DNA from: Microgenomates group bacterium Gr01-1014_5
GTDB taxonomy: Bacteria; Patescibacteriota; Microgenomatia; UBA8517; UBA10165
DNA: 64,000 nucleotides
Reading direction: 5' to 3'
NCBI GenBank assembly: GCA_007376395.1
Contig: VMGE01000003.1
Coordinates: 26,057 to 90,056 of the forward strand
Shown: positions 56,295-64,000 of the stretch, in pieces
Layout of the letters: every line of letters begins with the position of its first letter
How positions within the stretch are numbered: the first letter of the stretch is position 1
Program-made: the position numbers and the translations under genes
Notes under the pieces: model-generated
The model's database searches: none
What the model was told of the DNA's origin: nothing
Seen by the model: the letters and a program-made list of their open reading frames with translations, nothing else

Positions 56295-59200
56295 CTAGCA
56301 TTCTGAGTGTCCACAGCCGTAGCATTTTGAACAACCTTCTTCGTGAACAAATGCGGCTGCGCCGCACATCGGACAAAGGTCGGCTGCGGTTTTTTTAAAG
56401 TCAGCAGCTGGGGCCGGCGTGGGGTCAGGGTTGTGCGCCGCCATGACAGCCCCAGCTTGCAAATTAGGTGTCGATTCAGAGAAGCCATTTTTCTCTGAAA
56501 CCGAGTCAGACTCGGTGGTGTGTTTCCCGTTCAGCCCGAAATGGCGCGAAAGCGCGAGGGCGATGGCGTCTGGAACCGAGCGCACCCGATTAGGTCCAAA
56601 CCCAATTGAGTTGCGTCCTCCAATTCCCGATAACTGGTGAATAATCTCGTGTACTTTACCTAAAGGCTTACTGTTGCCGCGAATCCTAAAAGTCATCGAG
56701 AGTAATCTGCCAAACGCTTCTGCCATGGCGTTAACGTCAGAACCAGCTTTGCCGATATTGATAAAAACTTCGACCGGGTTGCCGGTAGGGTCTGTATTGA
56801 TCGTTATAAACGCACTGCCCAGAGGAGTCGCCATGCGGTAGGTTACGCCTTCTAACTTTTCCGGTCTTTGCACTAAAAGCTCATGTGATTCAACCGCCGC
56901 AGCCGGCGTAAGAGTAAGTTGCTGAGTTAAACCTCCCTCTTCTGCCGTAGCTTGAGCTTCGGTTTTTACAGGTTCCTCTTTGGAAAGCACACCGGGACGA
57001 CTGCCGTCTCTAAAGAAAGTTATCCCTTTGCATCCCAAGTCGTAAGCCATCATGTAAAGTTTTTTGACGTCGTCTACTGTATATTCATTTGGCGCATTCA
57101 CGGTTTTAGAGATTGAGGCGTCAACATAACGCTGAACAGCCGCCTGTACTTTAACGTGGTCTTCAGGAATTAGGTCACTCGATGAAACAAAATAATTTGG
57201 AATCTCTTCTCCTGGGTGCGCTTCTTTCCACGCTTGGAATAACGGGTGATAAATGTTGTGCTCCCCAATTCTGTCGCGTCGGACAAATGAAAACTCATAT
57301 ACCGGCTCAATACCCGAAGTTACCTCTGACATCAGAGAAGTTGAACCAGTTGGCGCCTGCATTAAAAGAACCGAGTTTCTGATCCCCTGTTTTTTAATCA
57401 TTGCCTGGATTCTTTCTGGTAATTGGCGGATAAATAATCCTTGAGCATATTTTTCGCGGTCAAATTTAGGGAAAGATCCTTTTTCGCGGCCAATTTCTGA
57501 AGACTCCTCAAAGGCCGCGTCACGGATTAATTTATAGATTTTCTCGACTACTTCAATTGATTCGTCAGACCCGTAACGAATCCCCATTTTAATTAATGCG
57601 TCTCCCAGCCCCATGGTTCCAAGACCAATTCTTCTTTCCCCGTCCAATTGCGTCTTGCGGATTCCGTCGAAGATATAGATATCTCCATCAATAACATTGT
57701 CTAAAAACCGCGTCGCAACTTTAGCGTGTTCTTCCAAGGATTTGTAATCCATAACACCTGTTTCATTGACAAAAACAGCCAAGTTTAAAGAGCCTAAGTT
57801 GCAAACTCCGTACGGCGGCAACGGTTCCTCACCGCAATTTGAAATAATAAGACCGTTAGCTGCAAACTGGTGAATTTCTGCTACGGTAATATCAAACACC
57901 TCTTCTACCCTATCTTTCTCTAAGCTCTCAAATGTTGCTTCAAAAGTATTTTTATAAGGCCCTTTTTTGTAAAGCGCCAAACTTGTACGTAATTTTTCCT
58001 GCTTTTCTTCTTGCAAAAAGCCAATAAATGCGGCAAAGCTGGCAACTCCCTCTCCAGAAATTACTAAATCGTGATACGCTTGGGTTGGATAAAGTTTTTT
58101 ACCTCCTTTACCGTCGGGCATCATCCGGTCCTGAGCCAGCCTGCGGTTTTTATAAATTCGGCTAACAATTCCAAAGTTTATTAATAATCTCTGGACATTT
58201 ACCAAAAGCTCTTCGCTCACCGATGTTAGTCTTACGCTTACTCCTTTTTCCGGGGTTCCTGCAACGTGTCCGTCACTTGAGAAAATACCCTGCAAAAATC
58301 CTCTCTGCAGGGCCTCTGACCCGCCAAAAATAGCGTCCGGAACGATAAGTTTCGCGCCGTGAGCAAAGCCCAAAGACTGAGCAAGTTTTAATAATCTTTC
58401 TGATTTAACAACTGCCTTGTTTTCTTTTTGAACATAGATTGGAGAAACTGTATATGCTCTGCCATTAACTCCCGTGTCCCCTACCATTGCTTGTACTGCC
58501 GCAGCAAACTGAGGTGCAAGTTCTGTTTTTTCTTGCTGATAAAAGAAAAGTTCCGCTCTTTCTTTTTTTACCGAACCGTCACCTACAAGCCAGCCCCAAA
58601 CTCTTCCTTCTTCAACCGTACCCACACTTCCAAAAGCGCCATATTTATTAAGTAAAATTTTATCACCTGTTTTAAGTTTTCCTGCTTCTACTTTTCCGGC
58701 AGGAGTATAAACTTTATGGTCCTGGGTTAGTCGAAGGCGATAACCTTCTTTAGTTTGCAATTTATATACTTGTTTAACTCCGGTTAGAAAAGGTTGCGAA
58801 GAAAGATACTCTTTGCCGCCGACCACTGCTTTGAAAGGCTTGCCTGCCTCATAAAGCTTACGCATCGGGAAAATTCCTTGGCTTGTGGTAATCAGCGTGT
58901 CTCCTGTAACACAAGGATTAGTGCAATTCAGATAATTGAAGTAATAGTTGGAAGAAAGCTTGTTTGTCCTTTCCATAAAATGAAGTCCAGGCTCTGCAGA
59001 TTGCCAAGCCGCCTCACAAATAAGATCCCAGAGCTCGCGAGCTTTAATAGTTTTGTAAATTTTTACCTTACCGCCTGATTTAATCCAGTTATCAAGAATG
59101 CCGTCCCATGCCGTGTCATAAAGCGGGTCATCTAAATCCGGAAAGAGTAATGGCCAATCTTCGTCTTTTTTAACTGCCTCCATTAAACGGTCAGAAACAC

Positions 59201-60020
59201 AAATGGATAAATTTGCCCCCTTAATTCGGGCAAGATCGCGCTTGACTGTTATAAATTCTTCAATATCCGGATGCCAATCCCAAAGCATGAGCATAAGGGC
59301 GCCGCGGCGCGTTCCGCCTTGCTGAATAACGTCATGGGTTGCCACAGAATACATTTCCGCCCAATTCATAGGTCCTGAAGAAAATCCGTTAACCTTTTTA
59401 ACCCGGGAACCACCTGGGCGTAGAGAAGAAAGGTTAACCCCTACCCCACCGCCGCGTGCCATGATATCGATCATCTCAGTTAGGTTTTCCATAATTCCGT
59501 GACGAGAGTCGCCGGGTGAAGGTAGAACATAGCAGTTGTAATAGGTCACCTGATAACCAGTACCGGCTCCAGACAAAATTCTTCCACCGGGAACAAATTT
59601 AAATTCTTCCATCGCCTGATAAAACTTATCTTCCCATTCTTTTTGTTTTTCATTTGTCTTTTCAACACGGGCAATAGCGCGTGCAACTCTGCGCCACATT
59701 TGTTCCGGGTGTTGTTCAAGAGGGTTGCCTAGTTCGTCTTTTAACGAATAGCGGTCAAGAAAAACTTTTTGACTAACACCTTCCAGCACAGTTCCGTTTG
59801 TTAAAGGTTCGGGGTCAACTCTAATCAAGGTTGGGTTAAGAAGATTTGGGGTTTCTGTCTTAAATTTAACTCCTGCTTGTCTGGCCAGTTCGAGACGGGC
59901 GTGTCCATTACCATTTACAACATGGCCATTGCTGTGACCATTAGAATGCCCGTTAGACTGACGGCCTACGCGGCTTTTATTCTTTTTCTTAAGCTCTGTT
60001 GTGATTGCAGTTTGTGCCAT
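56295..60020 (-). CDS. nrdJ: Adenosylcobalamin-dependent (class II) ribonucleotide reductase with intein
   Basis: PGGRIL, NCY, TNP|intein|CGEE, APTGS, ISKT, C-terminal TSCPD-like domain and Cys cluster; next to pduO. Confidence 0.93.
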   Translation of the reverse strand: MAQTAITTELKKKNKSRVGRQSNGHSNGHSNGHVVNGNGHARLELARQAGVKFKTETPNLLNPTLIRVDPEPLTNGTVLEGVSQKVFLDRYSLKDELGNPLEQHPEQMWRRVARAIARVEKTNEKQKEWEDKFYQAMEEFKFVPGGRILSGAGTGYQVTYYNCYVLPSPGDSRHGIMENLTEMIDIMARGGGVGVNLSSLRPGGSRVKKVNGFSSGPMNWAEMYSVATHDVIQQGGTRRGALMLMLWDWHPDIEEFITVKRDLARIKGANLSICVSDRLMEAVKKDEDWPLLFPDLDDPLYDTAWDGILDNWIKSGGKVKIYKTIKARELWDLICEAAWQSAEPGLHFMERTNKLSSNYYFNYLNCTNPCVTGDTLITTSQGIFPMRKLYEAGKPFKAVVGGKEYLSSQPFLTGVKQVYKLQTKEGYRLRLTQDHKVYTPAGKVEAGKLKTGDKILLNKYGAFGSVGTVEEGRVWGWLVGDGSVKKERAELFFYQQEKTELAPQFAAAVQAMVGDTGVNGRAYTVSPIYVQKENKAVVKSERLLKLAQSLGFAHGAKLIVPDAIFGGSEALQRGFLQGIFSSDGHVAGTPEKGVSVRLTSVSEELLVNVQRLLINFGIVSRIYKNRRLAQDRMMPDGKGGKKLYPTQAYHDLVISGEGVASFAAFIGFLQEEKQEKLRTSLALYKKGPYKNTFEATFESLEKDRVEEVFDITVAEIHQFAANGLIISNCGEEPLPPYGVCNLGSLNLAVFVNETGVMDYKSLEEHAKVATRFLDNVIDGDIYIFDGIRKTQLDGERRIGLGTMGLGDALIKMGIRYGSDESIEVVEKIYKLIRDAAFEESSEIGREKGSFPKFDREKYAQGLFIRQLPERIQAMIKKQGIRNSVLLMQAPTGSTSLMSEVTSGIEPVYEFSFVRRDRIGEHNIYHPLFQAWKEAHPGEEIPNYFVSSSDLIPEDHVKVQAAVQRYVDASISKTVNAPNEYTVDDVKKLYMMAYDLGCKGITFFRDGSRPGVLSKEEPVKTEAQATAEEGGLTQQLTLTPAAAVESHELLVQRPEKLEGVTYRMATPLGSAFITINTDPTGNPVEVFINIGKAGSDVNAMAEAFGRLLSMTFRIRGNSKPLGKVHEIIHQLSGIGGRNSIGFGPNRVRSVPDAIALALSRHFGLNGKHTTESDSVSEKNGFSESTPNLQAGAVMAAHNPDPTPAPAADFKKTAADLCPMCGAAAFVHEEGCSKCYGCGHSEC
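57837..58913 (-). mobile_element. Intein (359 aa) with LAGLIDADG endonuclease in nrdJ
   Basis: CVTGDT start, TQDH block B, GWLVGDG and GIFSSDG motifs, ISN/C end. Confidence 0.92.
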
Positions 60021-60065
60021 ACAAAAACTCGAGGATCGAGAAATCTCTTCGTCATATTCTAATAA

Positions 60066-60081
60066 CACATGATATGTAGTC
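60066..60081. promoter_or_regulatory. Possible NrdR box
   Basis: CACATGATATGTAGTC resembles acaCwAtATaTwGtg, about 45 nt upstream of nrdJ. Confidence 0.35.
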
Positions 60082-60259
60082 AACTGGTAACTTCTGTATC
60101 AAATAGCTTCATTTATACGGCTAGGCTGAGTAGAAACAGCTTTAAAAAACTTTAGAAAAAATGGCCGCTAAACCGTGTTTTTTCTTCACCTTAAAAATTA
60201 GGGGTTAAAAAAGAAGCAAGAAAATACCCAAACATTAACTTACTGAAGTATTTTTTGAC

Positions 60260-60877
60260 TCATTCTCGAGTTGTTGTTGAGGGAACATCTATCCCTTTTC
60301 TAATTAGTTCACGTACCGTATCTTCATAAAGCGTTTTAGGGGTATTTAATGTTTCAACAATTACAGACTTGGCGTCGTTCGGAGCAGTATTTTTAAATTC
60401 TTCTAGCATTTCCCTGTGTTTTAAAGAGGCTCGGGTAAGTTTTTGCAAAAAATCAGCCGTATCCATCCCTAATTTTTCTGCTTCTTGGTACTGAATAAAT
60501 GATTCTTTAAGATATTGTTCTGCTTTAACTGCCGTTGACACTCCGAGCTCCCCTTCTCTGTTTTGGAGCAATTCCTGAGCCATACTAATGCGCTTGTCTG
60601 CAAACAAAAGCAGAAGTTGTGCGCGTTTTATCGGATCGCGCGTTAGTTGAACCCAAACTTTGTCACGTAGCGCCTTGATAGGCCAAAAAGGGTGATCGGG
60701 CAAAAGCCCATGATGCGGCAGGTAATATTCAACAGGAGAAACAAATCCTTTTTGAGAATAAGTGTCGCTTGACTGATAGAAAATAAAATCTGGAGTAGAA
60801 GTACGCAATAATGAGATTCCTAAAATGCTAAAAGCAAAGATCAACGAACCGAGAATGTATATAACACTGCGTAACAT
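60260..60877 (-). CDS. DUF5667-like exported protein
   Basis: GLLPDHPFWPIK..RD...A.KR motif. Confidence 0.8.
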   Translation of the reverse strand: MLRSVIYILGSLIFAFSILGISLLRTSTPDFIFYQSSDTYSQKGFVSPVEYYLPHHGLLPDHPFWPIKALRDKVWVQLTRDPIKRAQLLLLFADKRISMAQELLQNREGELGVSTAVKAEQYLKESFIQYQEAEKLGMDTADFLQKLTRASLKHREMLEEFKNTAPNDAKSVIVETLNTPKTLYEDTVRELIRKGIDVPSTTTRE

Positions 60878-60901
60878 GCGGTAACATACATTTTAATACA
60901 T

Positions 60902-61073
60902 TCGGTCAATGTCGGGTGGTCGGAAAGCTCAGCAAACCAGGGTGTCAGTAGTCAGCACTCCTGTAATTCAGTGAGTCAGCACGTCTGACACAACCGACAA
61001 ACCGACTTTCTGATAATACTGGCTTACAGAGTATTCTGATTAACTGAAGTACCGAGTTCTCTGACCCCCTGAT
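60902..61073. repeat. Long 8-9-nt-period inverted repeat tract
   Basis: Repeated TCGG/TCAG units mirrored by CCGA/CTGA units. Confidence 0.7.
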
Positions 61074-61735
61074 TATCTAAATAAAATTATCGGCCAACTC
61101 CAAAAAACGTTTAAGAGAACAGGTGCCAGAATGTTACCTGTCCGTCCATAGACAAAACCTGCTCCAAGGCTAAAAACAAAACTCAAGAGAGCGCGTGCCG
61201 GTAACTCGCTAAGCGACAAATCATACACGAAAAACAAAACCGGTAAATGAATTATCACCCAGCCGAAACTCACCAGAATATTTGCAGACCACTCGCTTTT
61301 TAAAGCTTTAACCGCCCGGGAGAAAAAATATCCGCGGAAGACTGTCTCTTCTGAAATTGCAGTGATAAAGGAAAGGGAAAGTCCTCCCAAAAGCGAATTG
61401 GCAGTAAAACCAAAGTCTGCAAGAGCAATTGACTCGTATTTAAAAATATTACTGATAAGACCGACAACGGCAAATACCATACCTAAACCAACTCCGAGAT
61501 AAATACTGTTAAAGAGATTTTTTGCTGTCCAGCCGACCGAGGCGAATCCGCCCGCTGACCCAGCCTTCTCTTTTTGTAAAAACCAATATAAAGCTCCCAG
61601 CCAAAGCAGGGGTTTGAAAACCAGCTCTTCGATATAGTCTGGAAGTTTAAAAAGGATGCGGTAAAATCCCCAAACCAGCAAGAGGATAACGTAGAGTTTA
61701 ATTACATTCTGAAGTTTGGTCGTTTTGACAACCAT
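61073..61735 (-). CDS. CPBP (CAAX protease/Abi) family intramembrane protein
   Basis: EETVFRG, IHLP motifs. Confidence 0.85.
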   Translation of the reverse strand: MVVKTTKLQNVIKLYVILLLVWGFYRILFKLPDYIEELVFKPLLWLGALYWFLQKEKAGSAGGFASVGWTAKNLFNSIYLGVGLGMVFAVVGLISNIFKYESIALADFGFTANSLLGGLSLSFITAISEETVFRGYFFSRAVKALKSEWSANILVSFGWVIIHLPVLFFVYDLSLSELPARALLSFVFSLGAGFVYGRTGNILAPVLLNVFWSWPIILFR

Positions 61736-61780
61736 ACCCTAGTATAACTTAATTATTAATTTTTAATTCTCAATTTTCAA

Positions 61781-61915
61781 TGAAGCTTCACAGCTTTACA
61801 GCCGTGGTATCTTCAGCTTCATACCGAATCGCACTCGCTTTGCTCGTACTCTCGGTATGCACTTCGCGCAACGCTTCATCCTCGGACTGACGTCCGAGGT
61901 TTTCGCGATTCGCTA
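61781..61915 (-). mobile_element. Gene-less IS200/IS605-type miniature element inside a heptamer repeat tract
   Basis: Left-end-like AAACCTCGGACGTCAGTCCGAGGATGAA and right-end-like CCACGGCTGTAAAGCTGTGAAGCTTCA; flanks are two halves of an AAATTGA-type tract. Confidence 0.55.
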
Positions 61916-61962
61916 TAAATGAAACAATGTGACATTGAAAATTTAAAATTGCAAATTGAAAA

Positions 61963-62454
61963 CTATTGCATCTTGCATTCCAACAGTGATTTTTCAATCG
62001 CCTCAAGAATCATTTGCTGTCTTTTTTTTGCCTCGACCAGGGTCACAAAGTTTTTGTGGCGCGGAAACCAGTGAAAGACTAAATTGCGGGACCGCCGCCA
62101 AGTATCCCAAAGCATGTTTGGAGTTTCTCTGTTGCAGTAAGTACTCAGGCGGTCATAGACCCAATCGTGCCCACGAAACTTAATCGGTAAATCTGGATTT
62201 AAAGCCCGACCCACACGAAAGTGATTACTGTTGTATTGTTCGCGGGTTATAATTCCTAAGTCGTAGAACAGTTTTTTTAAAAAACCTTCGTAGGCTTTGG
62301 CTGCAGGAAAAAGCGCAAAGGCGTAATCGTGGAAATGGTCTCTGCCGTATTTTTCCTCCCGCTCCAGAAGAATTTGCGACTGCGAGAGAAGATCACGCTG
62401 GTTTTCAGTTAAATAATTCCACCAGACCTTATTGGTTAGATTGTTACCAGCCAT
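61963..62454 (-). CDS. RnlA/LsoA C-terminal-like HEPN protein
   Basis: DYAFALFPAAKAYEGFLK and RNLVFH (RxxxxH). Confidence 0.65.
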   Translation of the reverse strand: MAGNNLTNKVWWNYLTENQRDLLSQSQILLEREEKYGRDHFHDYAFALFPAAKAYEGFLKKLFYDLGIITREQYNSNHFRVGRALNPDLPIKFRGHDWVYDRLSTYCNRETPNMLWDTWRRSRNLVFHWFPRHKNFVTLVEAKKRQQMILEAIEKSLLECKMQ

Positions 62455-62462
62455 ACATTTAA

Positions 62463-62861
62463 TCAGCTTACCCGCAAAGCGGGTAATATTTCAATAACGC
62501 GCTTTCTGTAACTCAGTTTAACATCAAAATGATCAAAGAAGCCCTTAGTGCCTAAAATCCCTTGGCTAACATCAACCGTATCTACAAAAAGCGCCTTAAT
62601 TTTGTAACTTTTTCCCGCCACTTTAATTATCAGTGCTCCCCATTTGCCATTTACCAGCTCACTGCCTATACCTTTGATAGTTCTACTTTTAGAGGACAAC
62701 CCAACACTAAGTATCTTCGCTGTTTGTGTATTAAAAACACAACAATCAGATCCTGAATCTATCAAAGCAGAGCCTAGTATGAATTTTTGTCGAGATTTTA
62801 AAATAATAGGGATTACTGGCCTGCCAAGCTGTGAAGTTACTCTTCGATAAGTGAAGATCAT
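62463..62861 (-). CDS. Retropepsin-like aspartic protease
   Basis: ALIDSGSD and ILG..GFF. Confidence 0.85.
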   Translation of the reverse strand: MIFTYRRVTSQLGRPVIPIILKSRQKFILGSALIDSGSDCCVFNTQTAKILSVGLSSKSRTIKGIGSELVNGKWGALIIKVAGKSYKIKALFVDTVDVSQGILGTKGFFDHFDVKLSYRKRVIEILPALRVS

Positions 62862-63079
62862 TTAACCAAATGGAAACCACCAACAAAAGGTATAATCTCT
62901 CTTGGTATCCGATCTACGAGCGGGTGTTCATATCCCTTCTTTGCGGCTCTATCAAGCACCTCTTGAAGTGTCTTCCCAGAGGCAACAACGACTGGCACTG
63001 TTTGGTCAGTGTCAGGGTCAACTGCGACCCACTTCCCTTTATAGTTTTTATAAACCTTTGTCCAGTCAGCAGCTTTCAT
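62858..63079 (-). CDS. DUF5678-like protein
   Basis: YKGKWVA...VVASGKT..EV. Confidence 0.8.
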   Translation of the reverse strand: MKAADWTKVYKNYKGKWVAVDPDTDQTVPVVVASGKTLQEVLDRAAKKGYEHPLVDRIPREIIPFVGGFHLVK

Positions 63080-63087
63080 ACTTTTAT

Positions 63088-63187
63088 TTTATCACGTAGT
63101 GACAAACTTGTTTATCACGTAGTGACAAACTTGTTTATCACGTAGTGACAAACTTGTTTATCACGTAGTGACAAACTTGTTTATCAC
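63088..63187 (+). repeat. Perfect 23-bp tandem repeat, about 4.3 copies
   Basis: TTTATCACGTAGTGACAAACTTG at 63088, 63111, 63134 and 63157 plus a partial copy. Confidence 0.95.
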
Positions 63188-63272
63188 AAACAAAGTTGAC
63201 AAGCGTGCTAATATAGTCCTTTGTAAACTGGGAACGCCAACCAGGTAACTCCAAGTCTGGTAAAATATATTC

Positions 63273-64000
63273 ATGATGCAAAGTTTGACTAATGCCGCAA
63301 GACGTTTTTTTGGTCTTTTAGAAAAGCCCAGAGAGTATATTTTCCGAATTCCAGGATTACGCAGATTGCCTGAGAGGGCTCAGCGCGTTGTATATTTTTC
63401 CCTATCTCCCGCAATAATCTTGCTCTGGCTCTTACTCTATCTTTATTGGGGTCTACCCTTTCCTAATCAGATCACCTCTGAATTAAGAAATCCTGTTTCC
63501 ACTCAACTCTTAGACCGTAACGGTAAATTAATCTATGAAATTTTTGAGGAAAAGCGGCGCTCTCCTATTAAACTTGAAGACCTGCCGCCTTATGTTGCCC
63601 AGGCAACAATCGCGATTGAAGATAAAGACTTTTATAATCATTACGGCCTCTCCCTAACCGGAATTTTGCGCGCATTCTTCAAAACCACTACCGGCCAACA
63701 ACTACAAGGAGGGTCAACCATTACCCAACAACTAGTTAAAACCACACTTCTGTCCCCTGAACGAACTTTACGCCGCAAAATAAGAGAGGTTACTTTAACT
63801 TTAGTTATTGAAATTATTTATTCTAAAGACCGCATTTTGGAGATGTATTTAAATAACATTCCCTATGGCGGAACAGCCTGGGGAATAGAGGCTGCGGCCC
63901 AAGCTTATTTTGATAAACCTGCACGCGAGCTGACTCTTTCTGAAGCCTCTTTGCTTGCAGGTCTGCCGCAGCGTCCAACTTCATACTCCCCATTCGGAAC
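63273..64000 (+). CDS. Class A penicillin-binding protein (transglycosylase domain; runs off the window)
   Basis: Manual translation: TM helix, AIEDKDFY.H.G, QGGSTITQQLVK, RKIRE, LEMYLN. Confidence 0.92.
   Translation, partial: MMQSLTNAARRFFGLLEKPREYIFRIPGLRRLPERAQRVVYFSLSPAIILLWLLLYLYWGLPFPNQITSELRNPVSTQLLDRNGKLIYEIFEEKRRSPIKLEDLPPYVAQATIAIEDKDFYNHYGLSLTGILRAFFKTTTGQQLQGGSTITQQLVKTTLLSPERTLRRKIREVTLTLVIEIIYSKDRILEMYLNNIPYGGTAWGIEAAAQAYFDKPARELTLSEASLLAGLPQRPTSYSPFG

Noticed and set aside
61788-62006. 72-aa ORF
   Set aside because: It spans the mini-element and repeat tract and overlaps the HEPN gene; probably spurious
63088-63187. CRISPR array
   Set aside because: The units are contiguous with no unique spacers, and no cas genes are in the window

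Overview
The window looks like chromosomal DNA from a small-genome bacterium, most likely Patescibacteria/Microgenomates (inferred from gene content and compact intergenic spacing). Most genes are on the minus strand. From left to right it holds: a thioredoxin system and a CsoR-type copper cluster (copA, cupredoxins, ccdA); DNA repair and housekeeping genes (Xer-like recombinase, MGMT/ATL, pth, EndoQ-like, ATP-dependent ligase, Fic, tyrS, recF, mutM, 5'-3' exonuclease, ftsH, trpS); and an accessory hotspot at about 30-50 kb built around three tRNAs that read AUN codons. These are tRNA-Met(CAU), an initiator-like tRNA-Met split by a 200-nt group I intron, and a rare tRNA-Ile(UAU). Each tRNA sits directly beside a paralog of an uncharacterised HTH + LAGLIDADG-like protein. 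Twice the order is antitoxin, PIN toxin, HTH/LAGLIDADG gene, tRNA, and one of these cassettes keeps a truncated tRNA 5' remnant, suggesting tRNA replacement. A roughly 7.9-kb capsid-less element with a large serine recombinase is integrated at the initiator tRNA 3' end, with recoverable att sites. Also present are intein-containing ugd and nrdJ, pduO, a VirB4/TraG-like ATPase, two gene-less IS200/IS605-type mini-elements, a dif-like site upstream of a Xer gene, and several families of small palindromes and 7-9-nt repeats, some inserted in frame in proteins. No CRISPR array or rRNA was seen.
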